Part shown: one piece after another, positions 10,301 through 23,516 of the stretch
Layout: each line of letters begins with the position of its first letter
Numbering within the stretch: position 1 is the stretch's first letter
Assembly: GCA_964057225.1 (NCBI GenBank)
Contig: OZ059896.1
Span: forward strand, 5,828,001 to 5,892,000
Length of the DNA stretch: 64,000 nt
Source: Auanema rhodensis
Lineage: Eukaryota > Animalia > Nematoda
Direction: 5' to 3'
The notes under the pieces: model-generated
The model's input: the letters and a program-made list of their open reading frames with translations, nothing else
The model's database searches: none
What the model was told of the DNA's origin: nothing
Made by a program: the position numbers and the translations under genes

Positions 10301-13300
10301 CTTATATCAGTTGATATCTCGGTGCATTTTCAAGCTAGCGCAAATCTGATAACACAGATCGACGCAGCTTAAAAATCCGCATCGAATGCACTATACTACA
10401 TTGAGAAAAGCTAAATACAAAAATTAGTTATGATCGTTTGAAAAATGATGCATTAGTGTATGTTGAGTTTCCATGTACACTCAAAATTGCTTCCAAAAAC
10501 ATTTTGACAAAAATTTTTTCGAAAAATTTCAGAATAATTTAGCAAAAAGTAGATGTTTTTAGATTCCTTTTTTCAAGGCAAAAACGATGGACAATGTTAT
10601 TCAACGAAAAAATTGATTCTTCAAGGTGAAAATCGAGGATATAGGTGTGAACTTATATCAGTTGATATCTCGGTGCATTTTTAAGCTAGCGCAAATCTGA
10701 TAACACAGATCGACGCAGCTTAAAAATCCGCATCGAATGCACTATACTACATTGAGAAAAGCTAAATACAAAAATTAGTTATGATCGTTTGAAAAATGAT
10801 GCATTAGTGTATGTTGAGTTTCCATGTACACTCAAAATTGCTTCCAAAAACATTTTGACAAAAATTTTTTCGAAAAATTTCAGGATAATTTAGCAAAAAG
10901 TAGATGTTTTTAGATTCCTTTTTTCAAGGCAAAAACGATGGACAATGTTATTCAACGAAAAAATTGATTCTTCAAGGTGAAAATCGAGGATATAGGTGTG
11001 AACTTATATCAGTTGATATCTCGGTGCATTTTTAAGCTAGCGCAAATCTGATAACACAGATCGACGCAGCTTAAAAATCCGCATCGAATGCACTATACTA
11101 CATTGAGAAAAGCTAAATACAAAAATTAGTTATGATCGTTTGAAAAATGATGCATTAGTGTATGTTGAGTTTCCATGTACACTCAAAATTGCTTCCAAAA
11201 ACATTTTGACAAAAATTTTTTCGAAAAATTTCAGAATAATTTAGCAAAAAGTAGATGTTTTTAGATTCCTTTTTTCAAGGCAAAAACGATGGACAATGTT
11301 ATTCAACGAAAAAATTAATTCTTCAGGGTGAAAATCGAGGATATAGGTGTGAACTTATATCAGTTGATATCTCGGTGCATTTTCAAGCTAGCGCAAATCT
11401 GATAACACAGATCGACGCAGCTTAAAAATCCGCATCGAATGCACTATACTACATTGAGAAACGCTTAATACAAAAATTAGTTATGATCGTTTGAAAAATG
11501 ATGCATTAGTGTATGTTGAGTTTCCATGTACACTCAAAATTGCTTCCAAAAACATTTTGACAAAAATTTTTTCGAAAAATTTCAGAATAATTTAGCAAAA
11601 AGTAGATGTTTTTAGATTCCTTTTTTCAAGGCAAAAACGATGGACAATGTCATTCAACGAAAAAATTAATTCTTCAGGGTGAAAATCGAGGATATAGGTG
11701 TGAACTTATATCAGTTGATATCTCGGTGCATTTTCAAGCTAGCGCAAATCTGATAACACAGATCGACGCAGCTTAAAAATCCGCATCGAATGCACTATAC
11801 TACATTGAGAAAAGCTAAATACAAAAATTAGTTATGATCGTTTGAAAAATGATGCATTAGTGTATGTTGAGTTTCCATGTACACTCAAAATTGCTTCCAA
11901 AAACATTTTGACAAAAATTTTTTCGAAAAATTTCAGAATAATTTAGCAAAAAGTAGATGTTTTTAGATTCCTTTTTTCAAGGCAAAAACGATGGACAATG
12001 TTATTCAACGCAAAAATTGATTCTTCAAGGTGAAAATCGAGGATATAGGTGTGAACTTATATCAGTTGATATCTCGGTGCATTTTTAAGCTAGCGCAAAT
12101 CTGATAACACAGATCGACGCAGCTTAAAAATCCGCATCGAATGCACTATACTACATTGAGAAAAGCTAAATACAAAAATTAGTTATGATCGTTTGAAAAA
12201 TGATGCATTAGTGTATGTTGAGTTTCCATGTACACTCAAAATTGCTTCCAAAAACATTTTGACAAAAATTTTTTCGAAAAATTTCAGAATAATTTAGCAA
12301 AAAGTAGATGTTTTTAGATTCCTTTTTTCAAGGCAAAAACGATGGACAATGTTATTCAACGAAAAAATTAATTCTTCAGGGTGAAAATCGAGGATATAGG
12401 TGTGAACTTATATCAGTTGATATCTCGGTGCATTTTTAAGCTAGCGCAAATCTGATAACACAGATCGACGCAGCTTAAAAATCCGCATCGAATGCACTAT
12501 ATTCCATTGAGAAAAGCTAAATACAAAAATTAGTTATGATCGTTAGAAAAATGATGCATTAGTGTATGTTGAGTTTCCATGTACACTCAAAATTGCTTCC
12601 AAAAACATTTTGACAAAAATTTTTTCGAAAAATTTCAGAATAATTTAGCAAAAAGTAGATGTTTTTAGATTCCTTTTTTCAAGGCAAAAACGATGGATAA
12701 TGTCATTCAACGAAAAAATTAATTCTTCAGGGTGAAAATCGAGGATATAGGTGTGAACTTATATCAGTTGATATCTCGGTGCATTTTCAAGCTAGCGCAA
12801 ATCTGATAACACAGATCGACGCAGCTTAAAAATCCGCATCGAATGCACTATACTACATTGAGAAACGCTTAATACAAAAATTAGTTATGATCGTTTGAAA
12901 AATGATGCATTAGTGTATGTTGAGTTTCCATGTACACTCAAAATTGCTTCCAAAAACATTTTGACAAAAATTTTTTCGAAAAATTTCAGAATAATTTAGC
13001 AAAAAGTAGATGTTTTTAGATTCCTTTTTTCAAGGCAAAAACGATGGACAATGTCATTCAACGAAAAAATTAATTCTTCAGGGTGAAAATCGAGGATATA
13101 GGTGTGAACTTATATCAGTTGATATCTCGGTGCATTTTCAAGCTAGCGCAAATCTGATAACACAGATCGACGCAGCTTAAAAATCCGCATCGAATGCACT
13201 ATACTACATTGAGAAACGCTTAATACAAAAATTAGTTATGATCGTTTGAAAAATGATGCATTAGTGTATGTTGAGTTTCCATGTACACTCAAAATTGCTT

Positions 13301-13338
13301 CCAAAAACATTTTGACAAAAATTTTTTCGAAAAATTTC

Positions 13339-16300
13339 AGAATAATTTAGCAAAAAGTAGATGTTTTTAGATTCCTTTTTTCAAGGCAAAAACGATGGAC
13401 AATGTCATTCAACGAAAAAATTAATTCTTCAGGGTGAAAATCGAGGATATAGGTGTGAACTTATATCAGTTGATATCTCGGTGCATTTTTAAGCTAGCGG
13501 AAATCTGATAACACAGATCGACGCAGCTTAAAAATCCGCATCGAATGCACTATACTACATTGAGAAACGCTTAATACAAAAATTAGTTATGATCGTTTGA
13601 AAAATGATGCATTAGTGTATGTTGAGTTTCCATGTACACTCAAAATTGCTTCCAAAAACATTTTGACAAAAATTTTTTCGAAAAATTTCAGAATAATTTA
13701 GCAAAAAGTAGATGTTTTTAGATTCCTTTTTTCAAGGCAAAAACGATGGACAATGTCATTCAACGAAAAAATTAATTCTTCAGGGTGAAAATCGAGGATA
13801 TAGGTGTGAACTTATATCAGTTGATATCTCGGTGCATTTTTAAGCTAGCGGAAATCTGATAACACAGATCGACGCAGCTTAAAATCCGCATCGAATGCAC
13901 TATACTACATTAAAAAACGCTTAATACAAAAATTAGTTATGATCGTTTGAAAAATGATGCATTAGTGTATGTTGAGTTTCCATGTACACTCAAAATTGCT
14001 TCCAAAAACATTTTGACAAAAATTTTTTCGAAAAATTTCAGAATAATTTAGCAAAAAGTAGATGTTTTTAGATTCCTTTTTTCAAAGCAAAAACGATGGA
14101 CAATGCCATTCAACGAAAAAATTAATTCTTCAGGGTGAAAATCGAGGATATAGGTGTGAACTTATATCAGTTGATATCTCGGTGCATTTTTAAGCTAGCG
14201 GAAATCTGATAACACAGATCGACGCAGCTTAAAAATCCGCATCGAATGCACTATACTACATTGAGAAACGCTTAATACAAAAATTAGTTATGATCGTTTG
14301 AAAAATGATGCATTAGTGTATGTTGAGTTTCCATGTACACTCAAAATTGCTTCCAAAAACATTTTGACAAAAATTTTTTCGAAAAATTTCAGAATAATTT
14401 AGCAAAAAGTAGATGTTTTTAGATTCCTTTTTTCAAGGCAAAAACGATGGACAATGCCATTCAACGAAAAAATTAATTCTTCAGGGTGAAAATCGAGGAT
14501 ATAGGTGTGAACTTATATCAGTTGATATCTCGGTGCATTTTTAAGCTAGCGGAAATCTGATAACACAGATCGACGCAGCTTAAAAATCCGCATCGAATGC
14601 ACTATACTACATTGAGAAACGCTTAATACAAAAATTAGTTATGATCGTTTGAAAAATGATGCATTAGTGTATGTTGAGTTTCCATGTACACTCAAAATTG
14701 CTTCCAAAAACATTTTGACAAAAATTTTTTCGAAAAATTTCAGAATAATTTAGCAAAAAGTAGATGTTTTTAGATTCCTTTTTTCAAGGCAAAAACGATG
14801 GACAATGTTATTCAACGAAAAAATTGATTCTTCAAGGTGAAAATCGAGGATATAGGTGTGAACTTATATCAGTTGATATCTCGGTGCATTTTTAAGCTAG
14901 CGCAAATCTGATAACACAGATCGACGCAGCTTAAAAATCCGCATCGAATGCACTATACTACATTGAGAAACGCTTAATACAAAAATTAGTTATGATCGTT
15001 TGAAAAATGATGCATTAGTGTATGTTGAGTTTCCATGTACACTCAAAATTGCTTCCAAAAACATTTTGACAAAAATTTTTTCGAAAAATTTCAAAATAAT
15101 TTAGCAAAAAGTAGATGTTTTTAGATTCCTTTTTTCAAGGCAAAAACGATGGACAATGTCATTCAACGAAAAAATTAATTCTTCAGGGTGAAAATCGAGG
15201 ATATAGGTGTGAACTTATATCAGTTGATATCTCGGTGCATTTTTAAGCTAGCGCAAATCTGATAACACAGATCGACGCAGCTTAAAAATCCGCATCGAAT
15301 GCACTATACTACATTGAGAAACGCTTAATACAAAAATTAGTTATGATCGTTTGAAAAATGATGCATTAGTGTATGTTGAGTTTCCATGTACACTCAAAAT
15401 TGCTTCCAAAAACATTTTGACAAAAATTTTTTCGAAAAATTTCAGAATAATTTAGCAAAAAGTAGATGTTTTTAGATTCCTTTTTTCAAGGCAAAAACGA
15501 TGGACAATGTCATTCAACGAAAAAATTAATTCTTCAGGGTGAAAATCGAGGATATAGGTGTGAACTTATATCAGTTGATATCTCGGTGCATTTTTAAGCT
15601 AGCGGAAATCTGATAACACAGATCGACGCAGCTTAAAAATCCGCATCGAATGCACTATACTACATTAAGAAACGCTTAATACAAAAATTAGTTATGATCG
15701 TTTGAAAAATGATGCATTAGTGTATGTTGAGTTTCCATGTACACTCAAAATTGCTTCCAAAAACATTTTGACAAAAATTTTTTCGAAAAATTTCAGAATA
15801 ATTTAGCAAAAAGTAGATGTTTTTAGATTCCTTTTTTCAAGGCAAAAACGATGGACAATGTCATTCAACGAAAAAATTAATTCTTCAGGGTGAAAATCGA
15901 GGATATAGGTGTGAACTTATATCAGTTGATATCTCGGTGCATTTTCAAGCTAGCGCAAATCTGATAACACAGATCGACGCAGCTTAAAAATCCGCATCGA
16001 ATGCACTATACTACATTGAGAAACGCTTAATACAAAAATTAGTTATGATCGTTTGAAAAATGATGCATTAGTGTATGTTGAGTTTCCATGTACACTCAAA
16101 ATTGCTTCCAAAAACATTTTGACAAAAATTTTTTCGAAAAATTTCAAAATAATTTAGCAAAAAGTAGATGTTTTTAGATTCCTTTTTTCAAGGCAAAAAC
16201 GATGGACAATGTCATTCAACGAAAAAATTAATTCTTCAGGGTGAAAATCGAGGATATAGGTGTGAACTTATATCAGTTGATATCTCGGTGCATTTTTAAG

Positions 16301-19300
16301 CTAGCGCAAATCTGATAACACAGATCGACGCAGCTTAAAAATCCGCATCGAATGCACTATACTACATTGAGAAACGCTTAATACAAAAATTAGTTATGAT
16401 CGTTTGAAAAATGATGCATTAGTGTATGTTGAGTTTCCATGTACACTCAAAATTGCTTCCAAAAACATTTTGACAAAAATTTTTTCGAAAAATTTCAGAA
16501 TAATTTAGCAAAAAGTAGATGTTTTTAGATTCCTTTTTTCAAGGCAAAAACGATGGACAATGTCATTCAACGAAAAAATTAATTCTTCAGGGTGAAAATC
16601 GAGGATATAGGTGTGAACTTATATCAGTTGATATCTCGGTGCATTTTTAAGCTAGCGGAAATCTGATAACACAGATCGACGCAGCTTAAAAATCCGCATC
16701 GAATGCACTATACTACATTAAGAAACGCTTAATACAAAAATTAGTTATGATCGTTTGAAAAATGATGCATTAGTGTATGTTGAGTTTCCATGTACACTCA
16801 AAATTGCTTCCAAAAACATTTTGACAAAAATTTTTTCGAAAAATTTCAGAATAATTTAGCAAAAAGTAGATGTTTTTAGATTCCTTTTTTCAAGGCAAAA
16901 ACGATGGACAATGTCATTCAACGAAAAAATTAATTCTTCAGGGTGAAAATCGAGGATATAGGTGTGAACTTATATCAGTTGATATCTCGGTGCATTTTCA
17001 AGCTAGCGCAAATCTGATAACACAGATCGACGCAGCTTAAAAATCCGCATCGAATGCACTATACTACATTGAGAAACGCTTAATACAAAAATTAGTTATG
17101 ATCGTTTGAAAAATGATGCATTAGTGTATGTTGAGTTTCCATGTACACTCAAAATTGCTTCCAAAAACATTTTGACAAAAATTTTTTCGAAAAATTTCAG
17201 AATAATTTAGCAAAAAGTAGATGTTTTTAGATTCCTTTTTTCAAGGCAAAAACGATGGACAATGTCATTCAACGAAAAAATTAATTCTTCAGGGTGAAAA
17301 TCGAGGATATAGGTGTGAACTTATATCAGTTGATATCTCGGTGCATTTTTAAGCTAGCGGAAATCTGATAACACAGATCGACGCAGCTTAAAAATCCGCA
17401 TCGAATGCACTATACTACATTAAAAAACGCTTAATACAAAAATTAGTTATGATCGTTTGAAAAATGATGCATTAGTGTATGTTGAGTTTCCATGTACACT
17501 CAAAATTGCTTCCAAAAACATTTTGACAAAAATTTTTTCGAAAAATTTCAGAATAATTTAGCAAAAAGTAGATGTTTTTAGATTCCTTTTTTCAAGGCAA
17601 AAACGATGGACAATGCCATTCAACGAAAAAATTAATTCTTCAGGGTGAAAATCGAGGATATAGGTGTGAACTTATATCAGTTGATATCTCGGTGCATTTT
17701 TAAGCTAGCGGAAATCTGATAACACAGATCGACGCAGCTTAAAAATCCGCATCGAATGCACTATACTACATTGAGAAACGCTTAATACAAAAATTAGTTA
17801 TGATCGTTTGAAAAATGATGCATTAGTGTATGTTGAGTTTCCATGTACACTCAAAATTGCTTCCAAAAACATTTTGACAAAAATTTTTTCGAAAAATTTC
17901 AGAATAATTTAGCAAAAAGTAGATGTTTTTAGATTCCTTTTTTCAAGGCAAAAACGATGGACAATGCCATTCAACGAAAAAATTAATTCTTCAGGGTGAA
18001 AATCGAGGATATAGGTGTGAACTTATATCAGTTGATATCTCGGTGCATTTTTAAGCTAGCGGAAATCTGATAACACAGATCGACGCAGCTTAAAAATCCG
18101 CATCGAATGCACTATACTACATTGAGAAACGCTTAATACAAAAATTAGTTATGATCGTTTGAAAAATGATGCATTAGTGTATGTTGAGTTTCCATGTACA
18201 CTCAAAATTGCTTCCAAAAACATTTTGACAAAAATTTTTTCGAAAAATTTCAGAATAATTTAGCAAAAAGTAGATGTTTTTAGATTCCTTTTTTCAAGGC
18301 AAAAACGATGGACAATGTTATTCAACGAAAAAATTGATTCTTCAAGGTGAAAATCGAGGATATAGGTGTGAACTTATATCAGTTGATATCTCGGTGCATT
18401 TTTAAGCTAGCGCAAATCTGATAACACAGATCGACGCAGCTTAAAAATCCGCATCGAATGCACTATACTACATTGAGAAACGCTTAATACAAAAATTAGT
18501 TATGATCGTTTGAAAAATGATGCATTAGTGTATGTTGAGTTTCCATGTACACTCAAAATTGCTTCCAAAAACATTTTGACAAAAATTTTTTCGAAAAATT
18601 TCAAAATAATTTAGCAAAATATAGATGTTTTTAGATTCCTTTTTTCAAGGCAAAAACGATGGACAATGTCATTCAACGAAAAAATTAATTCTTCAGGGTG
18701 AAAATCGAGGATATAGGTGTGAACTTATATCAGTTGATATCTCGGTGCATTTTTAAGCTAGCGCAAATCTGATAACACAGATCGACGCAGCTTAAAAATC
18801 CGCATCGAATGCACTATACTACATTGAGAAACGCTTAATACAAAAATTAGTTATGATCGTTTGAAAAATGATGCATTAGTGTATGTTGAGTTTCCATGTA
18901 CACTCAAAATTGCTTCCAAAAACATTTTGACAAAAATTTTTTCGAAAAATTTCAAAATAATTTAGCAAAAAGTAGATGTTTTTAGATTCCTTTTTTCAAG
19001 GCAAAAACGATGGACAATGTCATTCAACGAAAAAATTAATTCTTCAGGGTGAAAATCGAGGATATAGGTGTGAACTTATATCAGTTGATATCTCGGTGCA
19101 TTTTTAAGCTAGCGCAAATCTGATAACACAGATCGACGCAGCTTAAAAATCCGCATCGAATGCACTATACTACATTGAGAAACGCTTAATACAAAAATTA
19201 GTTATGATCGTTTGAAAAATGATGCATTAGTGTATGTTGAGTTTCCATGTACACTCAAAATTGCTTCCAAAAACATTTTGACAAAAATTTTTTCGAAAAA

Positions 19301-22300
19301 TTTCAGAATAATTTAGCAAAAAGTAGATGTTTTTAGATTCCTTTTTTCAAGGCAAAAACGATGGACAATGTCATTCAACGAAAAAATTAATTCTTCAGGG
19401 TGAAAATCGAGGATATAGGTGTGAACTTATATCAGTTGATATCTCGGTGCATTTTTAAGCTAGCGGAAATCTGATAACACAGATCGACGCAGCTTAAAAA
19501 TCCGCATCGAATGCACTATACTACATTAAGAAACGCTTAATACAAAAATTAGTTATGATCGTTTGAAAAATGATGCATTAGTGTATGTTGAGTTTCCATG
19601 TACACTCAAAATTGCTTCCAAAAACATTTTGACAAAAATTTTTTCGAAAAATTTCAGAATAATTTAGCAAAAAGTAGATGTTTTTAGATTCCTTTTTTCA
19701 AGGCAAAAACGATGGACAATGTCATTCAACGAAAAAATTAATTCTTCAGGGTGAAAATCGAGGATATAGGTGTGAACTTATATCAGTTGATATCTCGGTG
19801 CATTTTCAAGCTAGCGCAAATCTGATAACACAGATCGACGCAGCTTAAAAATCCGCATCGAATGCACTATACTACATTGAGAAACGCTTAATACAAAAAT
19901 TAGTTATGATCGTTTGAAAAATGATGCATTAGTGTATGTTGAGTTTCCATGTACACTCAAAATTGCTTCCAAAAACATTTTGACAAAAATTTTTTCGAAA
20001 AATTTCAGAATAATTTAGCAAAAAGTAGATGTTTTTAGATTCCTTTTTTCAAGGCAAAAACGATGGACAATGTCATTCAACGAAAAAATTAATTCTTCAG
20101 GGTGAAAATCGAGGATATAGGTGTGAACTTATATCAGTTGATATCTCGGTGCATTTTTAAGCTAGCGGAAATCTGATAACACAGATCGACGCAGCTTAAA
20201 AATCCGCATCGAATGCACTATACTACATTGAGAAACGCTTAATACAAAAATTAGTTATGATCGTTTGAAAAATGATGCATTAGTGTATGTTGAGTTTCCA
20301 TGTACACTCAAAATTGCTTCCAAAAACATTTTGACAAAAATTTTTTCGAAAAATTTCAGAATAATTTAGCAAAAAGTAGATGTTTTTAGATTCCTTTTTT
20401 CAAGGCAAAAACGATGGACAATGTCATTCAACGAAAAAATTAATTCTTCAGGGTGAAAATCGAGGATATAGGTGTGAACTTATATCAGTTGATATCTCGG
20501 TGCATTTTTAAGCTAGCGGAAATCTGATAACACAGATCGACGCAGCTTAAAAATCCGCATCGAATGCACTATACTACATTAAGAAACGCTTAATACAAAA
20601 ATTAGTTATGATCGTTTGAAAAATGATGCATTAGTGTATGTTGAGTTTCCATGTACACTCAAAATTGCTTCCAAAAACATTTTGACAAAAATTTTTTCGA
20701 AAAATTTCAGAATAATTTAGCAAAAAGTAGATGTTTTTAGATTCCTTTTTTCAAGGCAAAAACGATGGACAATGCCATTCAACGAAAAAATTAATTCTTC
20801 AGGGTGAAAATCGAGGATATAGGTGTGAACTTATATCAGTTGATATCTCGGTGCATTTTCAAGCTAGCGCAAATCTGATAACACAGATCGACGCAGCTTA
20901 AAAATCCGCATCGAATGCACTATACTACATTAAGAAACGCTTAATACAAAAATTAGTTATGATCGTTTGAAAAATGATGCATTAGTGTATGTTGAGTTTC
21001 CATGTACACTCAAAATTGCTTCCAAAAACATTTTGACAAAAATTTTTTCGAAAAATTTCAGAATAATTTAGCAAAAAGTAGATGTTTTTAGATTCCTTTT
21101 TTCAAGGCAAAAACGATGGACAATGTCATTCAACGAAAAAATTAATTCTTCAGGGTGAAAATCGAGGATATAGGTGTGAACTTATATCAGTTGATATCTC
21201 GGTGCATTTTCAAGCTAGCGCAAATCTGATAACACAGATCGACGCAGCTTAAAAATCCGCATCGAATGCACTATACTACATTGAGAAACGCTTAATACAA
21301 AAATTAGTTATGATCGTTTGAAAAATGATGCATTAGTGTATGTTGAGTTTCCATGTACACTCAAAATTGCTTCCAAAAACATTTTGACAAAAATTTTTTC
21401 GAAAAATTTCAGAATAATTTAGCAAAAAGTAGATGTTTTTAGATTCCTTTTTTCAAGGCAAAAACGATGGACAATGTCATTCAACGAAAAAATTAATTCT
21501 TCAGGGTGAAAATCGAGGATATAGGTGTGAACTTATATCAGTTGATATCTCGGTGCATTTTTAAGCTAGAGCAAATCTGATAACACAGATCGACGCAGCT
21601 TAAAAATCCGCATCGAATGCACTATACTACATTGAGAAACGCTTAATACAAAAATTAGTTATGATCGTTTGAAAAATGATGCATTAGTGTATGTTGAGTT
21701 TCCATGTACACTCAAAATTGCTTCCAAAAACATTTTGACAAAAATTTTTTCGAAAAATTTCAGAATAATTTAGCAAAAAGTAGATGTTTTTAGATTCCTT
21801 TTTTCAAGGCAAAAACGATGGACAATGTCATTCAACGAAAAAATTAATTCTTCAGGGTGAAAATCGAGGATATAGGTGTGAACTTATATCAGTTGATATC
21901 TCGGTGCATTTTTAAGCTAGCGGAAATCTGATAACACAGATCGACGCAGCTTAAAAATCCGCATCGAATGCACTATACTACATTAAGAAACGCTTAATAC
22001 AAAAATTAGTTATGATCGTTTGAAAAATGATGCATTAGTGTATGTTGAGTTTCCATGTACACTCAAAATTGCTTCCAAAAACATTTTGACAAAAATTTTT
22101 TCGAAAAATTTCAGAATAATTTAGCAAAAAGTAGATGTTTTTAGATTCCTTTTTTCAAGGCAAAAACGATGGACAATGTCATTCAACGAAAAAATTAATT
22201 CTTCAGGGTGAAAATCGAGGATATAGGTGTGAACTTATATCAGTTGATATCTCGGTGCATTTTCAAGCTAGCGCAAATCTGATAACACAGATCGACGCAG

Positions 22301-23516
22301 CTTAAAAATCCGCATCGAATGCACTATACTACATTGAGAAACGCTTAATACAAAAATTAGTTATGATCGTTTGAAAAATGATGCATTAGTGTATGTTGAG
22401 TTTCCATGTACACTCAAAATTGCTTCCAAAAACATTTTGACAAAAATTTTTTCGAAAAATTTCAGAATAATTTAGCAAAAAGTAGATGTTTTTAGATTCC
22501 TTTTTTCAAGGCAAAAACGATGGACAATGTCATTCAACGAAAAAATTAATTCTTCAGGGTGAAAATCGAGGATATAGGTGTGAACTTATATCAGTTGATA
22601 TCTCGGTGCATTTTTAAGCTAGCGGAAATCTGATAACACAGATCGACGCAGCTTAAAAATCCGCATCGAATGCACTATACTACATTGAGAAACGCTTAAT
22701 ACAAAAATTAGTTATGATCGTTTGAAAAATGATGCATTAGTGTATGTTGAGTTTCCATGTACACTCAAAATTGCTTCCAAAAACATTTTGACAAAAATTT
22801 TTTCGAAAAATTTCAGAATAATTTAGCAAAAAGTAGATGTTTTTAGATTCCTTTTTTCAAGGCAAAAACGATGGACAATGTCATTCAACGAAAAAATTAA
22901 TTCTTCAGGGTGAAAATCGAGGATATAGGTGTGAACTTATATCAGTTGATATCTCGGTGCATTTTTAAGCTAGCGGAAATCTGATAACACAGATCGACGC
23001 AGCTTAAAAATCCGCATCGAATGCACTATACTACATTAAGAAACGCTTAATACAAAAATTAGTTATGATCGTTTGAAAAATGATGCATTAGTGTATGTTG
23101 AGTTTCCATGTACACTCAAAATTGCTTCCAAAAACATTTTGACAAAAATTTTTTCGAAAAATTTCAGAATAATTTAGCAAAAAGTAGATGTTTTTAGATT
23201 CCTTTTTTCAAGGCAAAAACGATGGACAATGCCATTCAACGAAAAAATTAATTCTTCAGGGTGAAAATCGAGGATATAGGTGTGAACTTATATCAGTTGA
23301 TATCTCGGTGCATTTTTAAGCTAGCGCAAATCTGATAACACAGATCGACGCAGCTTAAAAATCCGCATCGAATGCACTATACTACATTAAGAAACGCTTA
23401 ATACAAAAATTAGTTATGATCGTTTGAAAAATGATGCATTAGTGTATGTTGAGTTTCCATGTACACTCAAAATTGCTTCCAAAAACATTTTGACAAAAAT
23501 TTTTTCGAAAAATTTC
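13339..23516. repeat. Sub-domain marked by G162 (gctagcgga), C67 (atgcca), A224 (attaa) and fixed aaacgcttaa
   Basis: G162 first appears at 13500 and is frequent up to the unit at 22815. Later it is only sporadic (units 27027, 31941, 41737, 44888, 46643). Confidence 0.85.

Noticed and set aside
13881-13884. 1-bp deletions here and at about 48025-48028
   Set aside because: Both are singletons in A homopolymers and may be sequencing or consensus errors; not interpretable.
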